64,000 nucleotides of DNA from NCBI GenBank assembly GCA_028023455.1, contig JAQFVV010000001.1, positions 7,316,001-7,380,000 of the forward strand, read 5' to 3'. This DNA comes from Epiperipatus broadwayi (lineage: Eukaryota > Animalia > Onychophora). Under the pieces are notes generated by a model. It worked only from the letters and a program-made list of their open reading frames with translations. It made no database searches and was not told the DNA's origin. Both the position numbers and the translations under genes were made by a program. This document shows, one piece after another, positions 38,408 through 52,824 of this stretch (positions are counted from its first letter, which is position 1; each line of letters begins with the position of its first letter).

Positions 38408-41400
38408 GTAATTTTTATATTGATATACTGTAAAATTCTTTATTGTTATGTAGTTGTGTGTACTTATTACATTTTTTAATAGTTCTCTGTCAGTAACATT
38501 GTAGTGTATTATGGTAAAAAAAATGCAATATTCTCCCTACATCTGTGATTTCCATATCTGTAATTTAAATTATATATATATGATTAAAAAAACAAAGATA
38601 AAAAAATTACAAATTAATAAAAGCAAAATTTTAATAAAATTTTTACATTTTCATTTTTTGGTTCACAATGCATAGGTTGTTTTTTCAAATGTATATACAG
38701 TATGTTGACACACCTATATACATGGGTGTTAAAACACAATATTGTCCACTATTATTGATGGATTTTGGTAGCCACATTGTAGCTTTGAAACAAATTTTAT
38801 GGATATGGAGAGGTGGTTAATCTATACATATTTAATTTCTGCCTTGTATGTTGTTTAAAGGACTTTTTTTCCCGAAGTTTGTATGTATGTTGTTCTCTGC
38901 CTGAGGATAGCTATAGTAAATAAATGAAATACTTGTTCATTATCAGAGGAAATTTCCATTGTCCATTATTCTATTAATATGATTTATTTTTAGCATCTCA
39001 GCTTTAGGATTATATTGAACTTTAATAAATTCTTATATCATTATACTATATTAAAGTTTGGAATAAAAACTATTGTTAATATTGCAGTGAATATTTCTTA
39101 AGACTCTTTTACACTAAAATCTGATGACAAGGAATAAAAACAATTGTTGTTAATTGTCATTTAATAAATGCATGAAATTTCTTAAGTTATGAAATATATG
39201 GAAGCAAAACATTCATTTTATGACAAAAAAAAAAAAAAGCTGTTGACTTCTTTTAAAATAAGCATCAGGAATTATGCACTAATAAAAAAAAAATTATGAT
39301 AGCTATGTTTCCAGTAGCAATATTGATAAAAATATTAATGCTTTTTTTAAAATGGGACTTCGTTGTTAGAAAAAAAAAAAAAGAAGAGAAAAATTTCCTA
39401 CTTAGATAAAAAATTGATTCTGCCTGTTTCAAAAATGACTGCTGAAACTGTAATGAGAAAAGAGAATTTTTGAAATACCAAAAAATGCAGCCACTATTCT
39501 TCTTTGCATTTGGATAAAAATACAGTTTTAAATAAATTTGTGCTAACACATCAAATTGTGAATAGTCAAAATGTAGGAAAATTCAAGAAAGCAAATTTCA
39601 ATTTTTTTTGATGCTCAATGAACTATCAATTAGTGGATTTCCAAAGTAGTAGCTACTTGTAAATATTGCATCACAATTTAAAAAAGATTGAGAACTATTG
39701 AAATAATAAAAACATAATTTGAAAACTAAATTTTTTTAAAAATAAAATATGCTTACATATATGAAAAATATTTTTAATTATTTGATAACATAAAATCTTT
39801 TAAACAATTCATCAAAAATATTTTTTTAAATTATAAAAAAATAGTTATTATGTTTTCTAGCAATCCAAGTATAAATGCTATGCTTAAATAACAAATTTAC
39901 TTAGCTTCTTTTTAATTGAGATTTCATCCACTATTGGTCATGGTAATGAATTCATGAGTAGGAACAAAGACAATTGAAATGATTAAGCAAGTGAATTAAT
40001 ATCCGCAACTATGAAATCCTTATAAGCATTTTATCATTTTTTGGAATTTTCCATTTGCCTTATGAACTTTACATCTTTTAATGATCTTTATTGGAATAAT
40101 ATATTCATCTGAAATGCAAAATATTTAGAATACTTATTTATCTATCTTTATGAAGTATTTAACTTTATTTTTCTTATTGCATTGCCAAATCCATATAATA
40201 TTAATATCATCTATGTTCTTTATTACTTTTTACAATGCTTTTTTACAATCCACTAATGACAGTTTTGCAGAACTCCTACTTATATTTCCAAATCTAGTGG
40301 ATTGTAAAAAAGCATTATCAAAAGTAATAAAGAATGTAGATAATATTAATATTATTTAACTATCATATGTTATTTATCTTTTAAATAATAAATGGAGGAT
40401 GTTCTCTTCACAATCTGATTTTTTGATGATTTTAGTTTTGTCAATTTCTTTTTATGCTAAAATAGGAATTCTTAATATGTTAATTGTATTACATTTAATA
40501 TCTTTTGTGTTGGTATATAGATAAAAAGAATTGGGTATTCAATTATGACATATGGTAATTATTACAATCTATGCATATTTAAATTAAATGTATTCAAATT
40601 CTTTGCATCTTTTCTTTTGTATAAATATAAGCAACAAAAATCACAATTTTATTAAAATACTATTATAAACTTTGCAGTCTTATCTATATCTATGAGTGCC
40701 ATTTTTTAATTATCAGCTTTTAGTTTTGGGCATCAATAATAAATTAATATTTACAGGTTTTTAAAAGTAATTTTTTTTAATACAATAAATTTCTAAAAAA
40801 AAAATATATATATAATGTCAAGAGATAGAGAAACAAGTTCCATACAATTTTATTTATATGCAATAAGTATATACAGGTACATTTTTCATGCGAACTTAGA
40901 TTGATTTGTGTAGTTATCATAATACTCTTTAATAATTTTGTATTCTTTGTCTTTCTATTTTTTTATTATTTTCTGGAGCTAGAATGGCCACACTCACATG
41001 TGAGTGGCTGTTAATGTATGAATGAAGTCTATCTTTTAATTTTAGTTAAACAAAAAATATTTAGGAATTATAATTGTAAGACTTGTTTATTTGAAAAATA
41101 AGAACATGCTTTTATGTTTTTATTATAAGATATTAAATATTTTATTGTTTAGCTTTTTTTTTTCTTTTAAAGAATTTTCCAGTTCACTTACCACTAATTC
41201 TCATACAACTCCTGAAATTAAAAGGCAAGCTTTTACATTTTTAGCACATTTTTATATTAATTTTAAATAGAAATAGGTAGTTACTTATTGAATTTTTAAT
41301 AATTAAATATATTGTTAATTATTTCATTAAATATATTGATTTCTAAAGATAAATGCAACTACTTTAATTAACTAAAAAATATTTTTTTTTATTTATGAAA

Positions 41401-42539
41401 ATATTTTTGTCTCATTGGACAATATTATTATTGCTGCTATCCTTGAATTAATTTATTCTTAGTTTATGCTATTGCTTTTTATTATAAATACTATTGCTTT
41501 TATTATATGCTCACATATATGATGAATATCTATACTCGGATACATAATAAACAATACACAGACTTCAAACTACATGAAGTATCAGTTCGAAATAACAAGG
41601 AAGGATTGAAAAAAGTACATGTGCATGAGAAACAAAATGGTATCATATTTATTTATTTAGCATATATATTTATGCAACTTTACTATTATCAAGAATATCC
41701 TAAAGAAACCTGTAGAGATTCTGTAACCATAAATTCAATAATCATTAATCATATGTTCATACTTTGTTCTTAGCCATATTTACATAGATCAGTTATGAAA
41801 CAAATAGACAAACCATGACTTTTCCTGATCTGTTGATGAGATTCCAGTTGCATGTAGAAAGATCAAATATAGCTGGCTTTATTGTTGGCTCTGGAAAAGG
41901 AAATTTGTTTGGGATCACAAGAATTCCCCATTTTTTATACTATAATTCTTCATTTGAAGATTATTGTTTGAATATCCAAAAAAAGGGGATTTTTGTGCGA
42001 GATGAATCTTAGATGATGAAACTATATCAATTTAACAGCTTCTTATACATTTTCTATGAAGCAACTTCTTATATCTGGTACAAGAATATGTGAACGAACA
42101 GAAAAACCCTGCAAATATGCCAGTAATATTTCTCATGGTAATAATTGAGTATTCAGAAATTTAATATGAGAACTTTTCTCTAAGTAGGGGCTTTGATTTA
42201 CAAGGAGAATATGTTAATGCTTAAACGATGTCTGTAAAGCACTTACATCATAGACCTAAGTAATGCCAGTTAATTTTTTAAGTTATTTCTTGAAATTAAT
42301 TTTGATTTAATCTTAGGTATATAAGAAAAATAAATTAGGCTACAATTCAAAGTCCTTCTGGGTAAAGGTTACTAAATGATTCCCTGTTGTTTGGATGAAA
42401 AATTGAATATACTATCTTTATTGGAATCAGGTATAAGATTGCAGTCTTTGAAAAATATTTCCAATCTTTGCATATCTTATTAAGAGATTTTTCTCTTTCA
42501 TGAAAATAACTCATTTGAGAAATCAAACCAATATCATCA

Positions 42540-42790
42540 GCATAGATGAATTTCTTCTTTCTATATAATGAAAGAATTAAGCATCTAAAATGAAATTGTG
42601 CTGGACAAATAATTAGATATGATAATGGAGAAAATCTTAAATGAGATCCAAGGGGATTGTAAAAGTCATATAAAAACTATATGTGAAATGGATACATGAG
42701 ATAAAGAAATTTATTGGAATGATGTGAAAAGCTCTAGGTAAGAGAAAGACTAAATTTGAAGGGTCTCTCCTACAATGGATTGATAATGAT
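42540..42790 (+). mobile_element. Decayed RTE LINE 3' end
   Basis: LKWNCAGQIIRYDN...DPRGL...WIHEIKKF...LLQWIDND resembles the RTE C-terminus seen at 45588-45923. Confidence 0.6.
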
Positions 42791-45579
42791 TGAAAATGAA
42801 GATATTAATATACATTATATATTTGCATATATAAATATATTTATATTAATGACGAATTCCAACAAACTAAGATAACCCTAATAAAGACTTTCTTATACAA
42901 ACTACATATATAAATAATTTTTTTATTATTACTTAAATATTTTAAAACAAAATTTAGTGTTTGTTTTACATTCCCATGTATAACAAATTATAGTGATGTT
43001 TTTAATTTATAAAGATTATTTGAATTCTGTTATTGCTTTGCAACTTTAGTTTAAAAAACTATTTAAACTATACTAAAATTACTTTAATTTAAAACATTTT
43101 TAAAATTAATTTTTGAAGTGTATAATTACTCCAATTGTATAATATTAAATTATCAAGAAAATCATTTTTTTTTTTATAAAAAAAAAAGAGCCTAGCTAAA
43201 AAGTTTTATGAAATATTTTTGACCTTAAAACTTTGAACTTCTTTAAAACATGACTGATATAATAAGTATTATGTATAATATAAAATTTTGTCTATATTTT
43301 TTACTTAATTTTTATTATCTTGATATGGTTTTAACTGCTTTTTTTAATTGACAATAATTGTCAAAAGTACAATTGAAACACATCAATATAACAATAAAAT
43401 ATAAAAATATGATAAAAATTTATGGTATGATATAATATGCATGAAATGGAATTTAATATGCATTTTTCAAATTAAAAATAAAAAGATTACACCTTTAAGT
43501 TCCAATTTATTTGAAAAATTAATATAAATTTTTTTTTTTTTTTGGAAGATTTGTAATTGTTATATATATATGTGGTATGACTGGATTATGTATTATCTAT
43601 GTACATGTATGTGTATATATAAATAGAAATAGGGTTTAAAGGCCCATACCACAACCTGGATACAAATCTTTGCCAGGTAAAACTTAAAATAATTTTTAGG
43701 TTTCAATTAGACATAGGATTTTTCTTTCAGTTACCCTTATCCAGAGGGTAAAACAAGACAAGAACAAATTATCAAAATTTTATACCCATCAATTGACAAG
43801 CATGCATTTTTTTTCATTGTTCCATTACAAGAGCCTAATAGGAGGCATTGGGCTGTTTTACTTTTTATTTATATACACTATGTGATGATGTATATGTTTA
43901 TGTTAATACACATAGAGTTCTGAAATTTACATAAGAACATATTTATAATTTTTTAAAAATTATATCCTGCAAAGTTTAATGAAGCTAAATTTAATAACAT
44001 TTGGGTCTACAACTTTGGAGTCTGATTGCAACAAGCATTTAATAAAGCGTGAGCCAATGAAGAATCTCATTATTAATTTAAAATATTAAAATAGTATATT
44101 TTTAAATTAGTGTATTTAATTCAAGAATATTGATTTTAAAATCATTATTTTATTAAATAGTACTTGTAAAAGAAATTTTATTAAATTTTTTTTGTCTTTT
44201 TAAAAATAAAAATAAAAGCTTTAAAAATAATTAGCTATATCTTTGCAAAGATTGTTAGAATATCTAAATAGATATATTGATAAATAGAAAAATAAACAAA
44301 TTTCCTTTTTTTTAAAGCCAGCAACATATGTAAATTTAATTAATAGTATGTTTAATAAAAATAAGAATCTAATATAAATATCCCAAATTCTTTCTCATGG
44401 TAGAATTCTTATCTATAAATTAGTCAATGATATATTGTTTGATCCTCAAATTGAAAGTACTATCACAGATTGGTTGTCCAAGAAAATGTAAAAGTATTGC
44501 AAAAGAATAACTATTTGTTTCTATTAAATCTATATTTGCTATCATTAAGAGAATAAATTTAAAAATAGTAAAAGTAATTTAATGGTATAATCAGCTGTAG
44601 TTTTCATTTCAAATATAATTGTTTTTGATTTATTATAAAGATTTTATAATTTTTTGTTGCAAGGATTGTTATATTTGTTAGTGTTTATTTAGAGTATATA
44701 TCAATACTACTAAAATTTTAAACCAATTTATAATTTCAGAAATAGATTACTTAAAAGATCTGAAAATGTCATATATTGATAAATATGTTATTTAATATTA
44801 TAATGAGTTATGATTTATATGAGTATAATTTATGTTATATTAGAAATAAAAGTTTGAATGAAATAAAATTAAATACTATAATTTTTTTTCCCCATGAGTG
44901 CTATTGTTGTTTTAGAACAAATTAGTCACCAGGGGTGTGCTTTATTTAGGATAAACATTTTTAGAAGAATTTAAATGTGTATGATTTAATTTTTTTAGAC
45001 TATAGAATAAAAAAAGGGTATTTATGAAAAGCTACTATAAAATTTAAAAACATTAAGTGATGGATATAGTCATAGTGATGATATTGATACAGATTGTAAT
45101 AATCTAAAGCAAAACATTATATGAAGAGCTATGATAAAACCATGTTAGTTTTTGAATTTACTATTCATGGTATAAAATAAATCCATTGGAAGATAAAATG
45201 TGTCATGATTTTTTTTCTTAGTTTTAATATGAAATATGAAGATTATTATAATGAAACAGACTTTTTGAGAGTTTGTAGAACATATTTTTTAGCTAAACAA
45301 AAAAGCAATACAATTTGGATGGGATCAATATTATAAACTATGATTTTAATTGTGAATACATATTATCTGAAACCTCATTTACATAAGCATATAAAGATTT
45401 TACAAAAAATCGTGTCAGAAATATGTAAAAAATAAATGTATTAAATAAATTGAAGGCTTCTATTTAAACTTTCGCATATCTTGCTTTCATCCTAAAAAGT
45501 AATTTAATAATCTAAGTATATAAAAACCCAATACATAATTGGTATATATTTAAACGTCCTTACCAATGGTCAAATGAGA

Positions 45580-45950
45580 TATCATCATCAACCATTATCA
45601 ATCCACTGCAGGATGAAGGTCTCTCCAAGTTTAATCCACCTTCTCCGATCTTTAGCTTCTCTTCTCCACAACACCCCTGCACATTTTCTTATTTCATCCA
45701 TCCATCTCACATGTGGTCTCTTTCTGGGTCTTTTACAATCTCTTGGAATCCAGTTTAAAATTTCAATTGTCCATCTATTATCATCTCTTCTAGCAATATG
45801 TCCAGCCCAACTCCATTTCAATCTTTTAATTTTTTCAATAAGGTCAGTAACACCTGTTTGTTGTCTTACCCATACATTGCGTTTTCGATCTCTTCTTGTT
45901 ACTCCCAACATACATCTCTCCATACTCCTTTGAGTGGTCTGAAGTCTCTG
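45580..45950 (-). mobile_element. 5'-truncated RTE-clade LINE (RT C-terminus, best-preserved copy)
   Basis: ORF 45588-45923: MERCMLGVTRRDRKRNVWVRQQTGVTDLIEKIKRLKWSWAGHIARRDDNRWT...WIPRDCKRPRKRPHVRWMDEI. (GAT)n-like 3' tail. Confidence 0.92.
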
Positions 45951-47350
45951 TATTATATATAATCATAAATTTGTCCATAATGTTATTTCATTTAAGTATA
46001 ATTGATTATTAATAATAATTTAAACATCACAAGAAACTTTTGCTTATGTGTAATTGTATTTAATTTCTTTGCTTCAGAGCCATTATGCTACACACATGTT
46101 TTTTCAAAGTTTGAGAAAAATAAATAAATTGAAAACTATGACAGCAGATAAAGTGGATGTTAAAACAAGATTAGTGTTTGAGTTTTGTTATAATATAATT
46201 ATTGAAATTAATCTATCATTGTTATTTATTCTTTTTTTTTTTTATATCTTACTAAAACTGAAATGTGTTATTATAAAGTTGAAATTATCTTAATCATTGT
46301 TTGTTAAAATTTTATATTAAGAATGTTAGCTTTGATATTAAAAATTTTTTGTCTGCTGAGATGATAAAACAAATGTAAATATGATTTATTCCTAGATTTT
46401 CAATGGCATAGAATCATATGTTCATGCATGCTATTGTAATATTATATGGCACCTTGTTGAATTTTTTTTTTTTCAATTTATAGAATTGAATTTGGCAGAG
46501 ATACTTGATATTAGCACTTAATTGCACTGCATGGTTTAGTTCAATGACAGACTGGAGCTCAAAGTTCAGATTGCAGCTCCAGAACTTCTAAGCTATAATC
46601 ATAATTATTATTATCATTTGTCATTTAATAAAGCTTTTAGAGTGAAAGTATTGAGAAGAAAATCTTTTGAAATAATAAATTTTATGTCATAATGCCCAGA
46701 ATAGTAAAACAGAATATTAAAAATATTAGTCTGAAATGGAAGGAAATTCCTTCAATCTAAATATAAAAGTGAGATAATATATAGTGACTCGAAGAAAAGA
46801 CACAATAGGCCAATTAATTGTTGGCTATCATTCATATATGTGTGCTCTCCTCTCATACAGATGTGTATATGTACAGGAAAAACAGTTTTTAAATAGCTCA
46901 TTTCTGGACCCTCCAAATAATAAGCAAAAGATATTATATCCCAATCTTGGTAATTATTGAGTGTTCAGAAATTATGTGGTTTCTATCTTTTTTTATCCTC
47001 TAGGCTAAGAATATCTAAATACCTATTGTAAGCATAGTAGGCAGAAGCATTATTACCATGTATTTATATTGTATCTGTAGATATCTATTAATAATTTTGA
47101 ATAATAATTATTATGCTGTATTTAAATGTAGATTTTTACACTATCTACTGTCTTTAATGATTCCTTTGCTGATATTAAAATTATACTTATATGTTTTACT
47201 TTATAATATATTTGTTTTTTTTTTTTTTGCATAAAAGTAATACTATAGTATGCTATTTTTCTTCTTTTTTTTTTTTTAGTAAACCTACAAGGTTTTTTTA
47301 TTCTTTTTATCCTAATATATCAACAAAAAATGATTCTACAGATTTTGTAG

Positions 47351-47376
47351 GTGATAATATTAATGAACAAATTGCA
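47351..47376 (+). CDS. Host gene 26-nt micro-exon (GDNINEQIA)
   Basis: ttttgtAG acceptor and A|GTAAGA donor. Phase 1 to 0, followed by an 82-bp intron to the next exon. Confidence 0.65.
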
Positions 47377-47458
47377 GTAAGAGCAAAAAATAATTGTTAT
47401 TATTATTATTTTTTAAATGATTGTTTGAAAATATTAATTTATAGTAATATCTTTATAG

Positions 47459-47525
47459 GAATCTGACTCTTCAGAGAAACCAAAATCATTGTTATTTTTG
47501 AGCAAAAGTAAATCAATGAAAGCAG
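47459..47525 (+). CDS. Host gene exon (ESDSSEKPKSLLFLSKSKSMKA)
   Basis: ctttatAG acceptor and CAG|GTAATA donor. 67 nt, phase 0 to 1. Confidence 0.7.
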
Positions 47526-48354
47526 GTAATATTTTAGAAATAATTGTAAAATCATTTTATTTCAATATTAAAGCTAAAAAAAAAAATTCAATATATATGC
47601 ATAAAGAATACAGGTGCATATAAGATTGAGTGTATTTATTTTAGTACAGGTTAATTTTCTATTTTATTTTGAAGTGATTTATTTTGAAAACGTTCTTGAA
47701 TTGTTTACTGAAATTTATCAGCATTATATTTTGACAGTTGAAATTGAATTTATGATGTTTATAGAAGTCAAATGCTGTAAACAGATTAAACTGAATAACT
47801 CTAAATAAATTTCTAAATGCTCCACACTCATACTTTTATATATACACACATAGTGAAATTAAAATTATTTACTGTATATTGCATTAATAGGTATATATAA
47901 AATCATGTATAATGTAGGTTCCTAAAAGTAAAAAAAAAAAACAGAATAGTAATTTTAAACACTAAATTTGAGAATTGTGAGCTATTTACAAAAGTATTTT
48001 ATATCTCTGCACAGAATATTGATTTCCATTTTTATTAGTTTTATCTTGCTCGATTAAAGAATGATTTTTTTTTGTCTATACTGTATTTTGTCTATATTGA
48101 ATATTTTGTCAGAAAATGTGTATCCTAATTATGTATATTGTCCAAAATAATTTCTCAGTGATACACTGTGTGAAGAGCAAAATGATTATTAATTAACATA
48201 TAACATTTATTTAATTAATGTTAAATTGTGAATTTATTTAAATAATCTGTGGGTTTTAAATATGATGTTGATGAAGTAGTTTTATCTTTTGCTAAAAGAT
48301 TTTGCTACATAAAAATTTTTTCTGCCAGTTATTTACCATACATTTGTAAGTAAT

Positions 48355-50200
48355 TATTATCACCATCATCATTTTCAAACATTATTGATCCATTTCAGGA
48401 TGAAGGTCTCCAAGTTCAATCTATCTTCTTCAATCTCTAGCCTCTCTTCTCCATATCACCCGGTGCACTTCCTTATTTCATCTATCCATCTCATATGTCT
48501 CTTTCTAGGTCTATTACAATCTCTTGGGAATCCAGTTTAAGATTTCAAATGTCCATCTATTATTATCTCTTCTAACAATGTGTGCAGCCCAATTCCTTCA
48601 GTTCCTTAATTCTTTCAATGATATCAGTAACATCTGTTTCTCTCACCCATATATTTCATTTTCAATCACTTTTTGTTACTCCTAACATAATCTCTCCATA
48701 CTTTGTTGAGTGATTTAAAGTCTGTATTGTTCTTCTGTTAAATGTCCAAGTCTCAGATTCATAAATAAGAAGAATTGGTAATACACATTTATTAAAAACC
48801 TTTTTCAAACACATGGGCATAACCTTTCTACCAAAAGCACTCTAACCAAGTTTAATTGTATGATTAATTTCATCCATTATGTTTTCATTTATAATAATAA
48901 TCTGACCAAGATATTTGTAGTTGCTGACTTCTTGTAATCCATCATTATCCATCTTTATTTTTTTCTTTTGAGAAAATCCATTCAACATTACTTTAGTCTT
49001 TTTAACATTTACCTTTAATCCTGCTTTCTTACTTTTATCTAATAACTCTTGCAACATTTTCTGAAGCTCTAAAGCATTATTTGCAAAAACAGCTACATTA
49101 TCTGAAAAATCTAAATGACTTGAGTAGTATCCATTTACTTTTATTCTTGTAGCTTCCTATTTTGATTCACAGAATACTTATTGCAGCACTGCTGTAAGAA
49201 GTTTTGGAGATATGAAGTCACCCTATCATACATCCTTCTCATTGTTAATCTTTTTTAGTATTATGTAATATAATTTTTACTGTTGCATTTTTATAAATAT
49301 TCTTCAGAATATGACAATATCCTGGGTCTATATCTTGATGATCCAATGCTTTAATCATTGAAGAAATGCTTATAAAATCAAATGCCTTTCATAATCTACA
49401 AATCCAAAGCATAAGGGCAACTCATATTCATTGGTTCTTTCTATAACTTCTCTCAATACTTGGATATGATCCACTGTGATAAAAGTACTTTTAACCCCAG
49501 CATTGTTCTTTTGTTTGGTTAAAACCCAAAGTTTGATGTAGCTAAGTTGTAATAATTTTGATAAAAAATTTGTATAGAACTGATAAAAAACTGATAGGCT
49601 GTAAATTCTAATATCCTCTTTTATTTTTTTAAATATTAATATTAATACAGCATTCTTCCAATCATCTAGTACATCTTTATCATTTAGACATTTGGTATAT
49701 TATAACTTTGCCAATTTTTTTTTCTATTTCTTCTGCTTCTTTTAAGATATTAATTATAATTCCATTATTACCTGTAGCTTTTTTCTTCTTCATAAATTTA
49801 ATTACATGTCACACTTTATTTAAAATCCTGGGCAATTCAGACAATATAGTACTTATAGGAGATACTTTTCCTTATTCGTCATTGCTGTATAATTCTTGAT
49901 AGAGCTCTTTATACATTTCATGATGTCATCTCTGTTTTTAGTAATAGTTCCATTTTTTTTTTTCATGTTGCTGAAATAAGTTCCTATCAATACCAAGATG
50001 TTGTTTTATACTCTTGAAGCATTTATTCTCTTCTATAGCTTTTCTTGTTAGGTCACATCATTATCCAGTAACAAATTGACATGCTGAGCATAATGAATTT
50101 ATTTAATTGGACTGTTTATTCACTTTTACTACTCCATTAAATTGTTATTGACTTACTTAATAGGAAGGCTGTGGTAATCAGGATCGAAGTGGAAGATTCA
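48355..50200 (-). mobile_element. Longer decayed RTE-clade LINE (RT domain to 3' end)
   Basis: MLQELLDKSKKAGLKVNVKKTKVM...YKYLGQII...EINHTIKLG, with upstream RT-like remnants. 3' end homologous to 45585-45950. Confidence 0.85.
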
Positions 50201-50392
50201 CATTTGTAATTATGTTATGCATTGATCTCAAAAAAATTTGTAGGATATAGCATCAAATTAAGGAATAACATTTTTGAACATTAAAAAAGTAAAAAGTTGA
50301 CAAATTCTGTCGTACTAAATTTCTATTTTATTTCTACGATTGAATTTTTTTTTAATGCTATTTATATTTTTAAATGTAATTTTATGAAAACA

Positions 50393-50443
50393 GGCAAAAC
50401 TCTCCATACAGTAGCAGAAATGGTGGTCATGTGATGTTTAGTG
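50393..50443 (+). repeat. Hairpin-less copy of the element inserted at 60537-60724
   Basis: GGCAAAACTCTCCATACAGTAG joined directly to AGAAATGGTGGTCATGTGATGTTTAGTG. Both parts match the two ends of the 60537-60724 insert read on the minus strand. Confidence 0.6.
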
Positions 50444-50719
50444 CTGTTTTACATTATATATTAATTTGTTATAAATGGATATTAATTATAATTGAAATAT
50501 ATCAAATAATGTTAGTGAGAAAATTTTTAATTTTTTCAACACCAAACACTCAGGAATTGTATTTTGTCAGGATGTAATATAAAATCAGTTCAATCTCTTA
50601 CAAAATGTTCACCTTTGTCACTTTAATATAAATTTTATTTATCCCTAGATTGCGAGTATTTATTGTTTATAAGATCATTAAATCCACCACTTTCTTTATT
50701 TTGCTGTAATATTTTATAT

Positions 50720-50910
50720 AAATACAATTTATCCATCTTACCTTGAACACTTTTTAGCAAAAAAAGTATTTATTGTATATTTGTCATTATGTCATAACTC
50801 TGAAGAAGACTTTAGGGCAGTTGAAACATAAGATTGTGTGTACATATATACAATAAAAAAATTTTTTTGCTAAAAAGTGTTCAAAGTAAGGTGGATAAAT
50901 TGTATTTATA
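50720..50910. mobile_element. Inverted-repeat element with a hammerhead-like motif in its loop (probably Penelope-derived)
   Basis: Arms ataaatacaatttatcca...ttgaacactttttagcaaaaaaa and its complement. The loop contains TTATGTC-ATAACT-CTGAAGAA-GACT..CAGTT-GAAACATAA. Same family as 54266-54801. Confidence 0.65.
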
Positions 50911-51419
50911 AGATTGCGAAATTATATGTATTTTATTCACCAATGCAGATAATTTATTTCTTTACACTGCGCAACAAAGATTGCCATATTTGATTTAATT
51001 ACCTTTTATTGGTCAGGGGCAGTGCTTAAGCTATTGACACGCTATGGTAGTTAGTAGAATAATCTTCACATAAGAAGATCAACTGTAGATGACAAATAAA
51101 GTGTTCTAACATATAGTATCTCCTGCTGCCTTATAGTATAGAATATTAGTTCTTCAAAGATTGTGCAAACTTTTTTGTTTTCATTTCTTTTTTTAATCAC
51201 TCTTAAGTTAGTATAGGGTACAATCATCATGAACTTCATGTCATCAGTCTGCTCCTTTACAAACTGTGACAATAGAATCATGTGTTTGTGCAAACTACAT
51301 TTCCATCTTTTAACTTCATGCACTGCATTTCTGACTCCAAGTCTCTTTTTCATTTTTTTAGCTTGAGCATGTTGGGGGAGAAGTTTTTAGTTACGATCTT
51401 TACTCAAAGCAATACAATT

Positions 51420-52560
51420 ACTAATGAGTCTATTTAGGACTGGATTTGAGATGGAAGTTCCAAATGGTAAAGATTATATGTTTAAATAAGTCTATTTAGA
51501 GAAATCTCTGCCTGCCACAGAAGTAGAAAGGGTCTAAAAAATAGCCTGTCTCACCCAGTCTATCTAGTTTTGTCATGCCTAGTGGCTTACTCATAACAGT
51601 GATAGAAATAATAATAATATCAATAGTAGTAGTAAGGCTGAAGACAGTAGTAGTACTGAAGATAAGTATTATAAAACTATGTTTTCCTAAATATAGAAAC
51701 ATGAAATGGTGAACTTGATAGAAAGCCTTCAAGATCAGAATGGAGGACTACACTGGTGGCTAAAGAGATATCAAGATTCAAGATTGATATGGCTGTTTTT
51801 AATGAAACTTGTCTTCCATAGGAAGAAAATTTAATTGAATAGGTGGATGGCTACAAGTTTTTTTGGAAGAGCAGATTAGTCAGTAAAGGAAAAACCATGA
51901 TGTTAGATTTCTGTAAAGTCTAATATTCTTGAATTCTTTTTTAATAAGTTAAAAGGTAAAGTATTTTATCACTGGGGAATAATTACTGCAACTAAGTTAG
52001 CTGTACCTAATTTATTGTATGGAAATGAGACTTGAACACCCTACCAATACAATGTAAAGGCCTTAAAAAAATTTCAATTAAGGATGCTTTGTAAAATTTA
52101 AAAAATATAATAGCAATATTACAAAATCTATCATTATATTCTTCAACTTGTCATATATAATACTATAGAATCAATTATTGTAAAATCATATTTTTGTTAG
52201 ATTGAACCTTGTAAAATAAATGAGCAATACAAGACTTCCTGAAAAAGTTGTTTATGGTGAATTTGAACATGGTTTTCATGGGAGAGCTATACCTCATCTG
52301 TTATGAGGATTATCTCAAAAGACATTCTAAAGAAATGGAATATTGATTGTTTTCATTGTCAAGATATGAAAAGAATAGTATACATTGTAGAGCTACAATT
52401 AGACATGGTGAAGTATTTCAAGAAGAGAAGTTTTCTTCTGAAGAAATTAAAAGACAGCATCTCAGAATATCAAATACAAAAATGGATCAGCATGGTTTAC
52501 ATGTGAATAGATTGGTTTGCATAGTGACTGGAAAACTCATTTCTAGAGCAGTTTTTTCTT
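51420..52560 (+). mobile_element. Internally deleted RTE (BovB-like) LINE: 5' region and AP endonuclease fused to the RT C-terminus
   Basis: RTTLVAKEISRFKIDMAVFNETCLP...GYKFFWK is an APE N-terminus. It is followed within ~100 bp by LLYGNETxTPY...LPEKVVYGEFEHG...SQKDILKKWNID. Confidence 0.8.
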
Positions 52561-52779
52561 TTTCTTTCCTTGAAGTTGAGAATGGTTATATTCATTTTGA
52601 ATGGCTGCTATATATATCTATTTATTATTACTATTATTGATTTGTTGATCAAGTTTTCAAAAAAGGATTTTTTTTTCCCTTTTTTTTTGTAGTACATTAA
52701 TTATTTTATTTGATTCTTTAAACTTTACTCACACATTTACTGCATTCAATAAAAAACAAAATTCAATTTTTCATTTTAG

Positions 52780-52824
52780 TACGTAATATTTTTTCACCAA
52801 AAGGCCAAACATCACTGGGAGAAT
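52780..52824 (+). CDS. Host gene exon (VRNIFSPKGQTSLGE)
   Basis: tttttcattttAG acceptor and T|GTAAGT donor. 45 nt, phase 1 to 1. Confidence 0.7.
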
